IMG/VR virus record: IMGVR_UViG_3300028840_003168
From: a virus
Reading direction: 5' to 3' (one strand)
Length of the DNA stretch: 64,000 nucleotides
The translations under genes were made by a program, and so were the position numbers. The notes under the pieces were generated by a model. The model did not search any database. It saw only the letters and a list, made by a program, of their open reading frames with translations, and was not told the origin of the DNA. Of this stretch, positions 1-9,658 are shown piece by piece; position 1 is the stretch's first letter, and every line of letters begins with the position of its first letter.

Positions 1-20
1 ATCATTCCCAGGCTGGAAAA

Positions 21-1712
21 ATGGTCAAGCTCGGGATGGCCGATGCTTATCTGGATACGACTTCTTCTCAGTTTAAGGATGATTTGACCACGGCTTTGGA
101 GTTCTATGATCCCAAGTGGAAGAGGTACTCGAAGGTACCTTTGGACATTCTGTATCCTTATGGCTGTGCGGACTCCGATCTGGTGTTGGCTCTGAAAAGC
201 GTTTTTCAACCCATGCTTGAGGAAGAGGGTCTTACCTGGGTGTTCAACACTCTGAGTATGCCGTTGACCAACGAGCTTGCGATGATGGAGCTTCATGGGG
301 TTCCGGTTCTCCTGGATGTGGCCAAGAAGGTTATCGAGGAGCAGGGTGCCGTGATGCAGGACATGGAGAAGCTCATTCATCAGCTCTGTGGCCGACTGTT
401 TAAGATAGGTTCGGATAAAGAACTTGGGAACGTGCTTTTCAATGAGATGGGGCTTCCCGGAAAGAAGAATGAGAATCACCAGTGGGTGACGGATGCGGAC
501 GCCATACGAGCCCTGGAGCATCCTGTGGCTGAACCTGTACTTAAATGGAAACGCGCTCAGAAGATCCTGAGTTCCTATGCGGTACCTGCACTTGAGAATG
601 TTCAGGAGATTACAAATGAAGGGAAGGTTGGCTGGGTCCATCCCAATTTCTATGCGGCAACGGTGACCGGCAGGCTTACTATGAGCAACCCTACGTTGAA
701 TGTTCTGCCGCGGCCAGAGAATGGCGGGGATGTTGTTAAGTCGATGTATGCCGGTGGTTCGGACTACAGGTTCATTTTTAAGGATTACAGCCAGATAGAA
801 CTGAAGGTTGGTGCCCATCTGTCACAGGAGCCGGTTTGGATTGAAGGTTTCCGAAACGGACATGACATGCACAGCGCCATGGCGCAGAGAATTTGGCATC
901 GGGACTGCGCCATCGAGATGATCAAAGAGCTACATTCGTCGTCCAGGAGCAATGCGAAGACTGTTAATTTCGGGATTATTTACGGGATGACAATTTATGC
1001 CTTGGCCGAGAAGTTGGGTATCACTGTAGAAGAGGCGCAGCAGATCGTTGATGACTATTTCGGAGCTGCCCCGGTTCTCAAGGCATGGATAGACGCGACT
1101 CACGAGTTTGCCACTGCTAACGGTTATGTGACCAGCATGTTTGGTCGGCGCAGGCATCTCCCGGATGCTCAGTTGGTGGTTCCAGACGCACCGGATAAAC
1201 CCCCTTACAGAAGCCGTCCAGGTTGTTTTATGAATGGCCCTAATCTGGCAGGCCTCTATCTGGAACTTGAGGATCTCGAACGGATCAGTCCATATGACCT
1301 TGGTGTGAAGATCAGGCAGACCGGGAGGGACTTTCTTTTCAAGTGTGCGGAGTGCCATTGTGTGTATTCCTGTATTGCTAATCGAGAAGTCAGGAAGCTG
1401 CGAGGAGCTTACAACCGCGCTATGCGGCAGTCGGTGAATGCGCCTATTCAGTCCAGTGCCGCGGATATGACTTCTTTGGCGATGGTGTTGGTGAACGGGG
1501 AGCTGCGGAGGTGCCGTCTGGATGCCTTGGCCATTATGAATACTCATGATGAGATTGCCGTTTATTCGCACACCTCCTGTATTGAGGAGTCGTGTCGAAT
1601 CATGGATTACTACATGATAAACTACATGACGGAGCTTTTCAGTTTCAGCGTTCCTTTGAGCGTGGACACCGCAATAGTGTACTGCATGGCAGAAAAACAC
1701 GACCACGATTGA
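21..1712 (+). CDS. polA: DNA polymerase family A, C-terminal part (frame open to the window start, so probably 5'-truncated)
   Basis: Motif A DYSQIELK, motif B RSNAKTVNFGIIYG, NAPIQSSAAD, motif C THDEI, TGRLTMSNP; ExoIII-like YGCAD near the N-terminus. Confidence 0.95.
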   Translation: MVKLGMADAYLDTTSSQFKDDLTTALEFYDPKWKRYSKVPLDILYPYGCADSDLVLALKSVFQPMLEEEGLTWVFNTLSMPLTNELAMMELHGVPVLLDVAKKVIEEQGAVMQDMEKLIHQLCGRLFKIGSDKELGNVLFNEMGLPGKKNENHQWVTDADAIRALEHPVAEPVLKWKRAQKILSSYAVPALENVQEITNEGKVGWVHPNFYAATVTGRLTMSNPTLNVLPRPENGGDVVKSMYAGGSDYRFIFKDYSQIELKVGAHLSQEPVWIEGFRNGHDMHSAMAQRIWHRDCAIEMIKELHSSSRSNAKTVNFGIIYGMTIYALAEKLGITVEEAQQIVDDYFGAAPVLKAWIDATHEFATANGYVTSMFGRRRHLPDAQLVVPDAPDKPPYRSRPGCFMNGPNLAGLYLELEDLERISPYDLGVKIRQTGRDFLFKCAECHCVYSCIANREVRKLRGAYNRAMRQSVNAPIQSSAADMTSLAMVLVNGELRRCRLDALAIMNTHDEIAVYSHTSCIEESCRIMDYYMINYMTELFSFSVPLSVDTAIVYCMAEKHDHD

Positions 1713-1719
1713 GATCCGG

Positions 1720-1740
1720 TTCAAACTTTTTTGGTATATT
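1720..1740 (+). promoter_or_regulatory. Phage promoter motif copy 1 (TTCAAACTTTTTTGGTATATT)
   Basis: Near-identical motif recurs 8 times; ends in extended -10 TGgTATATT, followed by SD AGAGGAGG and ATG 1764. Confidence 0.8.
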
Positions 1741-1763
1741 CCCCTATAGAGGAGGTTTCCCTG

Positions 1764-2126
1764 ATGAAAGCGAAAACGTTTGCGGTACAAGGTGATGTTG
1801 AGCGTATTGAGAAGGATTTGAATAAGTGGTTATCCAGCGCACCAATGAACATCGTGAAGGATTACCAGGTTGGAGGTTGCCTGATCTTTTTGTATACGGA
1901 GGACTATTCCCGAAACATGCACAGGTTGGATGGAGAGGAACCTCGATGTCCGAAGTGTAATGCGGTCATGAAGATCAGGTCTGCCAGGGCCAGTGGTGAT
2001 CTTTTCTGGGGGTGTACGAAGTACCCTGATTGTAATGGCACTCAGCCTTTGACCGACCTGGACTGGGAGAAGCTGGCCGGTCCTGATTTAAGGTCCTTGG
2101 GAGAGAACGAAGACATTCCCTTCTGA
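1764..2126 (+). CDS. Topoisomerase-type C4 zinc-ribbon protein with an SSB-like C-terminal tail (EDIPF)
   Basis: CPKCNAVMKIRSARASGDLFWGCTKYPDC matches the zf-C4_Topoisom pattern; SD GGAGG before ATG 1764. Confidence 0.8.
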   Translation: MKAKTFAVQGDVERIEKDLNKWLSSAPMNIVKDYQVGGCLIFLYTEDYSRNMHRLDGEEPRCPKCNAVMKIRSARASGDLFWGCTKYPDCNGTQPLTDLDWEKLAGPDLRSLGENEDIPF

Positions 2127-2138
2127 TAGGAGTGAACG

Positions 2139-3104
2139 ATGAAGATTTTATGGAGAAAATGGAAGAACCACGAGGGGCCTCTGATTCGCGGTAGCTGCCC
2201 TTATGCCCCGATGGCTCCCTGGGGGCCGTGGACGAGGATACTCGGGGTGGTAGCGGCCTGTGAGGGCAAGCACGACACAGTGGTCATGTATGACGGCACC
2301 GGGGTGACCTGGGGGTTCGGACAGTGGACCTTTACTAGCGGGAGATTGCAGCGGCTTCTCCAGTCGTTCAAGTCGGTATCCTATGTGGGGTTTGAGGATG
2401 ATCAAGGTGACCACGAGGATGACCTGTTGAGCAACCTGTTTGATGAGCTTGGGGTCAACTGTGTGTTGGGGGATTTTGATCTGCGTATCAAGGAAGGTCG
2501 GTTGCGGTACCTTTCGCAGACTATTAGTGGGGCATCTGCTTCATATGCTTTGAATCCCAGGACCGAGAAGAAACTCATCAACGATATCTGTTTGGGGAAG
2601 AAGAAATACCCCAAGGCCACGGCACTTCAGAAAAAGCATGCCAAGAGCCTAGCCAGAGCCTTTTCTCAATGGGGTCGGGAGATAGATGTCCAGCAGGCCC
2701 AGATTCAGTTTGCCAAGCAGGAACTCAAGAGGGCGGTCCACGTTGAACGTAAGGCATTGGGTGGCATCTCCATACGTAACCTTCTGGACGAGGGTGTGGG
2801 TCTCAGCGGAGACGAGTATTGGGACAGTCCTGTACCCGCTTTGTTCTTTAACCTATGGCAGAACTCTCCGAAGGGAGCTTACAGGTTCTTTATCAACGCC
2901 AATAAGGAAGCGAAGCGGAAAGGTGTGATCAACTGGCCCGATTATTTGGACCTCCTCTGGTCCAGGTTGAACAGGAGTGCTTACGCCAACTGGGGCTGGA
3001 ACTCTCGTCGCTATAAAGAAGGGAAAGGTACGCCGAGAATCAAACGAATCCGACCGGCGATAAAGGCTTATTACGATATCGATTTGCCGTATGAGAAACC
3101 ATGA
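2139..3104 (+). CDS. Hypothetical protein, possible lysozyme-fold peptidoglycan hydrolase
   Basis: CEGKHDTVVMYDGTGVTWGFGQWT resembles E-G..D...YD....G..QW lysozyme-like motifs; SD AGGAG. Confidence 0.45.
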   Translation: MKILWRKWKNHEGPLIRGSCPYAPMAPWGPWTRILGVVAACEGKHDTVVMYDGTGVTWGFGQWTFTSGRLQRLLQSFKSVSYVGFEDDQGDHEDDLLSNLFDELGVNCVLGDFDLRIKEGRLRYLSQTISGASASYALNPRTEKKLINDICLGKKKYPKATALQKKHAKSLARAFSQWGREIDVQQAQIQFAKQELKRAVHVERKALGGISIRNLLDEGVGLSGDEYWDSPVPALFFNLWQNSPKGAYRFFINANKEAKRKGVINWPDYLDLLWSRLNRSAYANWGWNSRRYKEGKGTPRIKRIRPAIKAYYDIDLPYEKP

Positions 3105-4213
3105 ACCTTGCCAACAAATACCGACCTCAGAGATTCGCTGAGGTCATCGGCCAGCCGGTGTCTGTGAAGATCATGGTGAACTCGGTGTGGTACAAGAAGC
3201 CCAGGTCGATGCTGTTATCTGGTATTCGAGGTACGGGCAAGACCACCCTGGCCCGACTCTATGCCAAGGCTTTGAACTGCGAGAGGTTCCACGAGCTGGG
3301 GGATGTTTGTAACGAGTGTCCCTCCTGCCTGGAGGGTGGCTATCCTCTTGAGCTGGATGCGGCTTCAAATTCGGGCGCCGAGGATGCCAGAACCTTGGAA
3401 GGTATCATCAAGCAGATTCCACGGTACAAGTACAATGTGATCATTCTGGATGAGTGCCATATGCTGTCCAAGCAGGCCCAGAATGTCCTGCTCAAGACTT
3501 TGGAGGAGGCCCCGAAGCATTCGATTTTCATGTTGGTAACCACGAATCCCGAGAAGATGCTGGATACGGTACGGTCCAGGTGTCTCTCTATGCCCCTTAG
3601 AACCGTCTCCACGGCTGACGCGGCTTGGGCTATCCGTATGGTCCTGGAAGCCGAAGAGGTGGCCCATGAGGACGCCTTCGTGGACTTTCTGGCCTTAAAC
3701 TGTGACGGTTCTCTCAGGGATGTGTACCAGACCCTGGAGCAGATCATTCTTACGGCTGGCGATGGGCCGTTGAGCGAGGATATGCTCGAAGAGGCCGTGG
3801 GGGTGATCTCCACGTCGAAATACAAGGATCTTGCTCATGTTTTATGTGCAAAGAGCTATGGCGCGGAGCAGGGGCTCCGAGCGGCTTTTGACGAGGTGGA
3901 TCGTTGGAACAGGAATGGGTACGATTTACAGCATATCTTTTTAACTGGTGTACCTATTATCCTTCGTGACTTTATGATCAGGTTGAGTGGATGCCACGGT
4001 GATGGGGTCGGGTATATGACCGGGATTTCTGATGAATCTTTTGCCCGTAATCTAACGTTGACTTTGGGCGATGTGCGAAGACTCACTGCTGAGTGGGAGC
4101 GCACAGAGAGCATGATGAGGGTGTCAGCACATCCCAGAATAATCTGGGAGGTGTTTTTGATAAAGAGTTTTGCCGATACCGGCATCGAGGGCAGGGTGGT
4201 TGCGGATTACTAG
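3101..4213 (+). CDS. dnaX: DNA polymerase III gamma/tau-like clamp loader subunit
   Basis: LANKYRPQRFAEVIGQ, Walker A GIRGTGKT, C-x8-CxxCxxC zinc module, ELDAASN, DECHML, SRC, GSLRD. Confidence 0.95.
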   Translation: MNLANKYRPQRFAEVIGQPVSVKIMVNSVWYKKPRSMLLSGIRGTGKTTLARLYAKALNCERFHELGDVCNECPSCLEGGYPLELDAASNSGAEDARTLEGIIKQIPRYKYNVIILDECHMLSKQAQNVLLKTLEEAPKHSIFMLVTTNPEKMLDTVRSRCLSMPLRTVSTADAAWAIRMVLEAEEVAHEDAFVDFLALNCDGSLRDVYQTLEQIILTAGDGPLSEDMLEEAVGVISTSKYKDLAHVLCAKSYGAEQGLRAAFDEVDRWNRNGYDLQHIFLTGVPIILRDFMIRLSGCHGDGVGYMTGISDESFARNLTLTLGDVRRLTAEWERTESMMRVSAHPRIIWEVFLIKSFADTGIEGRVVADY

Positions 4214-4666
4214 ATGGTTGAGGACGGCTACAGAGAGCCGTGGGTAACAGATGTATGGTGCAGTAATTGTGGTACTGAGTTGAGGGTTACGAAAGAGGTT
4301 TGGATAGACTCATATCAGTATCGCTATTCGCTTAGGTGTGGAAGGTGTGGTGGTGTGGCTGAGGGGTCGGGGCTGGCCGTGAAAGCGCATGTGCCATTCT
4401 GGAAGGAGCCCAATTGGCGAGATAGGCATGCAGCACCCGAGGTGCTGGTGGTTCGCGGGAGAGCTAAGGTAACGATACCTGAAGAGAAGTTAAAAGGAGC
4501 GAAGCGAGATGGAGATCATAGGAAGGAAGTTCGGAGAAGTGTGGGCGCTCGACGAGGGCCTGATGGACGTGGCAGAGGGCCTGGTAGCCGAATATACGGA
4601 AGGTCTGGGTCACATCGACCTAGAGCGCGTCGTGTTCGTAAGACAGAGAGGTCTGAAGACAGCTAA
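4214..4666 (+). CDS. Hypothetical zinc-ribbon protein (C-terminus overlaps the next gene)
   Basis: CSNC...CGRC pairs; abuts the dnaX stop. Confidence 0.55.
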   Translation: MVEDGYREPWVTDVWCSNCGTELRVTKEVWIDSYQYRYSLRCGRCGGVAEGSGLAVKAHVPFWKEPNWRDRHAAPEVLVVRGRAKVTIPEEKLKGAKRDGDHRKEVRRSVGARRGPDGRGRGPGSRIYGRSGSHRPRARRVRKTERSEDS

Positions 4667-5033
4667 ATGGGCCGGTAAGTGCTTTTATGTGAAGGAGCCC
4701 CATACCATCCTTTCTCAGTACACTTTGAGATGGATGCAGAAACGAGGTTTAGAGGGTGCGGAGAGGTTTGAGGAGATGTTGGACAATGATGTTCTGGATA
4801 TCCGGTATATCATTGCGTTGAATGATGATGTGGTTCCTCTGATGGTGGGTCCAGCGTCTTTAGAGCTGGTTGAGAAGGCAATCCTGCACCACGAACTCAA
4901 ACATATAAAGACTGAGATGGACGGCATCGAGGAACATGATGCCAAGGATTTCAAGTCTGTTCTCCACATCTATGGTGTTTTCTGGGACTCGGGGAACTTT
5001 AATACTGGTGTTTCCGATGAGGAGACAAGTTGA
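4509..5033 (+). CDS. Putative phage metallopeptidase
   Basis: HELKH (HExxH) followed by HDAKDF..VLHIYG, typical of the phage metallopeptidase family. Confidence 0.75.
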   Translation: MEIIGRKFGEVWALDEGLMDVAEGLVAEYTEGLGHIDLERVVFVRQRGLKTAKWAGKCFYVKEPHTILSQYTLRWMQKRGLEGAERFEEMLDNDVLDIRYIIALNDDVVPLMVGPASLELVEKAILHHELKHIKTEMDGIEEHDAKDFKSVLHIYGVFWDSGNFNTGVSDEETS

Positions 5034-5704
5034 TGTCCAACTTTAAGATAGCCGTCACGCCGACTGGTACACAGGTTACTTTGAGCCAAACTGTTGAAGA
5101 GGTTGATGTTATCGACAAACTTACTTTCAACGAAGATTTGCTTGAGGAACTTCTGGAAACTCACTCGGCCACCCAGGCATATTGGGAAGCTTTGGCTGTC
5201 AGGATGAAGAAAGGTATTGAAGCTTTCGATGAAGAGTTTGCCCGAAAGTGGTGGGCTCATAATAGAGTTTACGCGAAACTTGTTCTCAATGCTTATGGTG
5301 AAAAAGAACCTACCAAGACCTCGGTGGACGACATGACCATCCTCATCTATACGGAGGACTCTACGGACAGTATGCGGTCTAAATACGCGCACTTAGCTCA
5401 CACTGCCTTTGGTGAAAAGAAGCATATGTATGCCGAGGCGAAAAAAACTTTTGAAAAAAATATGTATAAATACCTGAACGAGGTTGATCCTCCCTGGTAT
5501 GTTGAGAGTGTTATGAGAACGCAGCGCAAACTGAAAGAAGACTATGAATTGGTGAAAGTATTCGCAGAGCGACTCAACTCTAGGGGGTTCCAGATGAAGG
5601 AATACCAGAGTCTGCTGATGGCGAAGAGATACAACATAGGTACGCCTATAAGTCAGAGGGACACCATGGAGAGGGTTTCTCAAGAAAGGCAAAGGAGAGA
5701 TTAA
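5033..5704 (+). CDS. UvsY-like recombination mediator (putative)
   Basis: Helical protein; C-terminal LNSRGFQMK resembles T4 UvsY IKSRGFAIK; sits directly before SSB and RecA. Confidence 0.5.
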   Translation: MSNFKIAVTPTGTQVTLSQTVEEVDVIDKLTFNEDLLEELLETHSATQAYWEALAVRMKKGIEAFDEEFARKWWAHNRVYAKLVLNAYGEKEPTKTSVDDMTILIYTEDSTDSMRSKYAHLAHTAFGEKKHMYAEAKKTFEKNMYKYLNEVDPPWYVESVMRTQRKLKEDYELVKVFAERLNSRGFQMKEYQSLLMAKRYNIGTPISQRDTMERVSQERQRRD

Positions 5705-5705
5705 C

Positions 5706-7094
5706 ATGCCAGAAATGACTATGAGCTATGACAATGAGAAGAAGTTCGGTGAGCAGAAGGGTGGGGGTGGCAACTTCAACCCTGAGCTTTACCGGGCGTT
5801 GCCTGCCGGTGACGGGCAGACTGCCATCAACAAGATCCTGGTGCTGCTGTACGAGCCCTGGAGATGGAGTTTGTTCAACCCGACCCAGGAGATGGCCTCG
5901 AAGTACAACCTGGCCTTCAACAATGGAGGTTTGGTGAGCATTCCAGACAATCTGTGTACCTTCTTTTTCCAGGTACCTTCTCACGGTATTGATAACTTCA
6001 GGCGCCCGGACGGCTCCGAGGGGTTCACCTACGTCCTGTGTCCCAAGAAGTTCAACGCTTATTTGAAGGGTCACAACTACCAACCTCTCTTCCAGGATGA
6101 CACCTGCCCTTACTGCGACGAGGAGCAGCGGTACTGGGACATGTTTAACGACAGGTTCCTGGAGCTGGGGTTTGATCGAGAGGGCCGAAAGAAGATGAAG
6201 GATGGCCAGTACAGGGCCACGGTGGACGGTGATGAGATACTCAAGAAGGCCCGTTCATCGGCATTCGATCATCGTGTGTCGGATCGTTTTATTTTGAGCA
6301 TCTTCGATCACGACAAGTTTGTCGGTACTCGTAAAATGGATGAGGGCCAGACTGCTGTCGCGCACCAGTTGTGGATCGCTCCGAAGACCGTGTTTGAGGG
6401 GGTTCAACTCGTTTATGAGAGTGGCGCCAAGTTCTTCAATACCGCGAATGTAAAAGAGGTTGCGGTTCTGTCTCTGTCGAAGGACAATTCCAGAGGACGC
6501 AGGCGTTCCAAGTACTCGGTTGTCTATAGCGGCGAGACATATGACTATGGCGCCGAGTGGATGGCTTACCTGGACAACACGGAAACTCGGGTCGATCCGT
6601 CCAATTTCATTCATCTGGCGACTCCTGATGAGATGCGGTATTACCTGGGTGCCGCTTCTGCGGCTACACCACCTGCGGCATATCCTCCCGCAGTGGCTCC
6701 AGCAGCAGCTCCTCCCGCAGCTTCGCCTCCTCCTGCTGCTCCTCCCGCAGCTTCGCCTCCTCCTGCTGCTTCTCCTGCTGCTCCTCCTGCTGCTCCTCCT
6801 GCTGCTCCTCCCGCAGCGGCACCACCGGCAGCCGCACCACCTGCGGCGACTCCTCCTCCTGCTGCTGCACCGCCGTCTCCGGTACCGCCTCCAGCACCTG
6901 CACCGGCAGCAACTCCACAGGCACCCCCACCTGCTGCATCGCCAATGCCCAGTGCCCCGACAGGTACACCACCTGCGGCGACTCCACCGGCAGCAGCTCC
7001 TCCCGCGGCGACCCCTCCTGGTGGCGCCCCACCGGCAGCACCGGGCCATGTGGCCCCTCCCGGCTCCCCGGCCCCAGGTAAGAGGAACTGGTAG
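5706..7094 (+). CDS. T4 gp32-like single-stranded DNA-binding protein with a ~140 aa Pro/Ala tail
   Basis: His...Cys...CPYC zinc site (SHG...LCP...TCPYC) as in gp32; lies between UvsY-like and recA. Confidence 0.65.
   Translation: MPEMTMSYDNEKKFGEQKGGGGNFNPELYRALPAGDGQTAINKILVLLYEPWRWSLFNPTQEMASKYNLAFNNGGLVSIPDNLCTFFFQVPSHGIDNFRRPDGSEGFTYVLCPKKFNAYLKGHNYQPLFQDDTCPYCDEEQRYWDMFNDRFLELGFDREGRKKMKDGQYRATVDGDEILKKARSSAFDHRVSDRFILSIFDHDKFVGTRKMDEGQTAVAHQLWIAPKTVFEGVQLVYESGAKFFNTANVKEVAVLSLSKDNSRGRRRSKYSVVYSGETYDYGAEWMAYLDNTETRVDPSNFIHLATPDEMRYYLGAASAATPPAAYPPAVAPAAAPPAASPPPAAPPAASPPPAASPAAPPAAPPAAPPAAAPPAAAPPAATPPPAAAPPSPVPPPAPAPAATPQAPPPAASPMPSAPTGTPPAATPPAAAPPAATPPGGAPPAAPGHVAPPGSPAPGKRNW
6660..7075 (+). 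repeat. Low-complexity Pro/Ala coding repeats (CCTCCTGCTGCT-type, PPAA units)
   Basis: Imperfect tandem repeats directly visible. Confidence 0.9.
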
Positions 7095-8101
7095 TGACTG
7101 AAAAGAAGAAAAATGCTGTCGATGTCCTGAAGACCTTGAAAAAGAAGCATGAGGGCAATCTCATGCTTCTTTCTGGCACCGGTATACAACCTGTACCCAC
7201 AATCCCCACTGGGATCATGTCGCTGAACTCGATTCTTAGCGGTGTCCCCAATGGCGGATACGCCAGAGGGCGCATCGTTGAGCTTCTTGGAGTGCCTTCA
7301 GGGGGTAAGACCACGATAGCCCTTCAAGGACTGGCTGAAACCCAGGCTCAAGGTAACGTTGGAGCCATTATTGATGCCGAGCATGCCTTGGATGTGGACT
7401 ATGCCCAGAGGCTTGGGGTCAGGATGGACAACCTGCTTCTTTCACAACCGGATTGCGGAGAGCAGGCGCTTGAGGTGGCCAAAGACCTGGTTGATGTTAT
7501 GGGTGAGGGGGACCTGATTGTGGTGGACAGTGTGGCGGCTCTGACTCCTCGTGCGGAGATCGAAGGGGAGATGGGGGATGAGCACATTGGGCGCCATGCG
7601 AAAATGATGTCCCAGGCTATGCGGAAACTGAATGCTGCCATGGCGACAAATGGGGTGACCGTCATTTTTATAAATCAGATCAGGTTTAAGCCGATGGTTA
7701 CCTACGGCTCTCCTAAAACCACTCCTGGTGGCGAGGCCTTGAAGTTTTATGCTTCTCAGAGGATTGAGGTTTCGACGATTTCCAAGGTGAAGATCACGGT
7801 GGGTGGTAAAGATGAGTTTGTTGGTAACAGAACCAAGATAGAGGTTATCAAAAACAAGACTTTTCCACCTTTTAGGAAAGTTGATACCGAGATTCAGTAC
7901 GGTAAAGGAATTCCTCGGGCATTGGATGTTCTCAAGTTGGCCGAAGGTAAAGGCGTGGTCCAGAAGGAAGGTAAGTCTTATCTGTATCGTGGAGGTAAGC
8001 TTGGTGTCGGGTTTCGGCAGGCATGGCTGTACCTGGAGGAGAATCCTGAGATGCTCGGATGGTTGGAGGAAGATGTTGTCAAATCATATGCAGTGTCCTG
8101 A
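7094..8101 (+). CDS. recA: RecA recombinase
   Basis: GRIVELLGVPSGGKTT, IDAEHALD, SQPDCGEQALE, VVDSVAALTPRAEIEGEMG, FINQIR, TTPGGEALKFYAS. Confidence 0.97.
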   Translation: MTEKKKNAVDVLKTLKKKHEGNLMLLSGTGIQPVPTIPTGIMSLNSILSGVPNGGYARGRIVELLGVPSGGKTTIALQGLAETQAQGNVGAIIDAEHALDVDYAQRLGVRMDNLLLSQPDCGEQALEVAKDLVDVMGEGDLIVVDSVAALTPRAEIEGEMGDEHIGRHAKMMSQAMRKLNAAMATNGVTVIFINQIRFKPMVTYGSPKTTPGGEALKFYASQRIEVSTISKVKITVGGKDEFVGNRTKIEVIKNKTFPPFRKVDTEIQYGKGIPRALDVLKLAEGKGVVQKEGKSYLYRGGKLGVGFRQAWLYLEENPEMLGWLEEDVVKSYAVS

Positions 8102-8354
8102 AGATACGTATCAGAAATTGGTAAAGGATACCCTTGCTCGGGTGGACGACAAGTTTCTGGCTGAGGATATCGACCTCTTATGCCAATACATTGTGCTGAG
8201 GTTCTTAAAGACCTCTTCGTTGGTAGTCGATGGCGCCGATACAGAAGTTGTCAGTGCCGCTTTGAGGAAGTACCTCGATGAGAGGTTCTCGTTCATCATG
8301 ACTTTCATAACGGTTGTGAATTCCGATCCTTCCGCAGTCAAAGCAGAGGCGTAG
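8073..8354 (+). CDS. Hypothetical protein
   Basis: ATG 8073 after GGAGGA; fills the recA-sbcD gap. Confidence 0.6.
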   Translation: MLSNHMQCPEDTYQKLVKDTLARVDDKFLAEDIDLLCQYIVLRFLKTSSLVVDGADTEVVSAALRKYLDERFSFIMTFITVVNSDPSAVKAEA

Positions 8355-8356
8355 CC

Positions 8357-9475
8357 ATGTCCGATGTTGTCAGGTTCAACGTGTATTCTGACATTCACTA
8401 TGACCGCCTCGGTGCGCGGTGCATCACTGTGGATGACTGTGCTGAGGTCGAAACCCAGGTTATCCACAGGGCAGGTGAGAGGGATTGCCATTTTGTTCTG
8501 TTCTGCGGTGACAGGTACCTGAAGCGTGAACCTGAGGATGAGGTTAAGACCAAGGCAGATCTGGTACTTTACAATTCGTATCAGGGACTTCCGAAACAGA
8601 TACCTCATTTTCATTTGGTGGGTAACCATGACTGGACCAAGAAGTCTCTGTCGTGGCATACCTCTGAGTCTTTGTGGTGTTTGAAGGATGCGCGGTTGAT
8701 GGCTACGCCTGGGACGTACACTGATTACCTGTATACTTCCCCGTTCCTGGTTCACGCTCTCCCGGCAGATCACAAGTTCGATTTTGAGAAGTACCAAGTC
8801 GAGCCGAACAAGTTCAATATCTTCACCTTCCACGATACCTTGCGAGGTACTTACCTGGACGATGACAGCAAGATACTCGCTGACTTCGGGGTGTACCGGA
8901 ACGAGCTTGACCGGCCCGAGTTTGATTACGTATTTGCGGGAGATATTCACATACCCCAGCGGATACCTTTCTCGAATACCCAGGGCGGTTACGTAGGTGC
9001 GGTACTTCAGCGCACGATGGCTGACGCAAACAAGGCCAGGGGTTGGGTGGAGGCTGAGGCGGTCAGAACCGATACCGGGTGGGATGTGCGGACTGAGTTC
9101 GTACCCACAAGGAACTTCTTCACCAAGGCTTCGTTCAACGTGACTGATACCTCAAGGTATGAGGACATCAGAATAGACGAACAATGGCTCACTGACCAGT
9201 ATGTTGAAGTTGAGCTTATCGGCCAGAAGGCGAACGTGGATAGAATAGCCAATGACCCGAGGTGGAGCAATTACGAGACTTATTACACAGTCAGACATCT
9301 TGAGGTATCTCGTACCTACAAAATCGAAGAGGGAGAGGTCATTGTGGATATGAGTGGGTCGTCGGGTCTTTTGGACGATTTGAACGCTTATCTTGATAGC
9401 GGATTTGCGGAACTTGGTATATTACCCAGGGAAGGTGTTACCCAGGCGGTGTCTGAACTGATGCAGGAGGACTAG
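8357..9475 (+). CDS. SbcD/Mre11-like metallophosphoesterase nuclease
   Basis: SDIH, CGD, GNHD, FHD and GDIH motifs; upstream of an SMC ATPase. Confidence 0.9.
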   Translation: MSDVVRFNVYSDIHYDRLGARCITVDDCAEVETQVIHRAGERDCHFVLFCGDRYLKREPEDEVKTKADLVLYNSYQGLPKQIPHFHLVGNHDWTKKSLSWHTSESLWCLKDARLMATPGTYTDYLYTSPFLVHALPADHKFDFEKYQVEPNKFNIFTFHDTLRGTYLDDDSKILADFGVYRNELDRPEFDYVFAGDIHIPQRIPFSNTQGGYVGAVLQRTMADANKARGWVEAEAVRTDTGWDVRTEFVPTRNFFTKASFNVTDTSRYEDIRIDEQWLTDQYVEVELIGQKANVDRIANDPRWSNYETYYTVRHLEVSRTYKIEEGEVIVDMSGSSGLLDDLNAYLDSGFAELGILPREGVTQAVSELMQED

Positions 9476-9658
9476 ATGGCCAGGATGGTAGGGTACCAGT
9501 GTGCTACGTGCGGTAAGCAGGATGAGGAACTTTTTAACGATACCGATGAGAAGCCCGAGAAGCTCAAGAGGAAGTGCAAGTGCGGAGGTACTCTGGTGAA
9601 GGCCGACCGTAAGGCCAACAACCATCGCTGGAGCTATATGGATCGCGGAGGTATCTGA
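9476..9658 (+). CDS. FmdB-like zinc-ribbon protein
   Basis: YQCATCG...CKCGG; SD AGGAGG. Confidence 0.7.
   Translation: MARMVGYQCATCGKQDEELFNDTDEKPEKLKRKCKCGGTLVKADRKANNHRWSYMDRGGI

Noticed and set aside
1170-1410. Intein in the DNA polymerase
   Set aside because: Insert is short and lacks an N-terminal Cys/Ser block and C-terminal His-Asn followed by Cys/Ser/Thr
6255-7314. Long alternative-frame and antisense ORFs (poly-Leu, Gly/Ala, Arg/Ser, Glu/Gln) over the SSB tail; likewise 21106-22048
   Set aside because: Shadows of stop-free Pro/Ala low-complexity coding repeats
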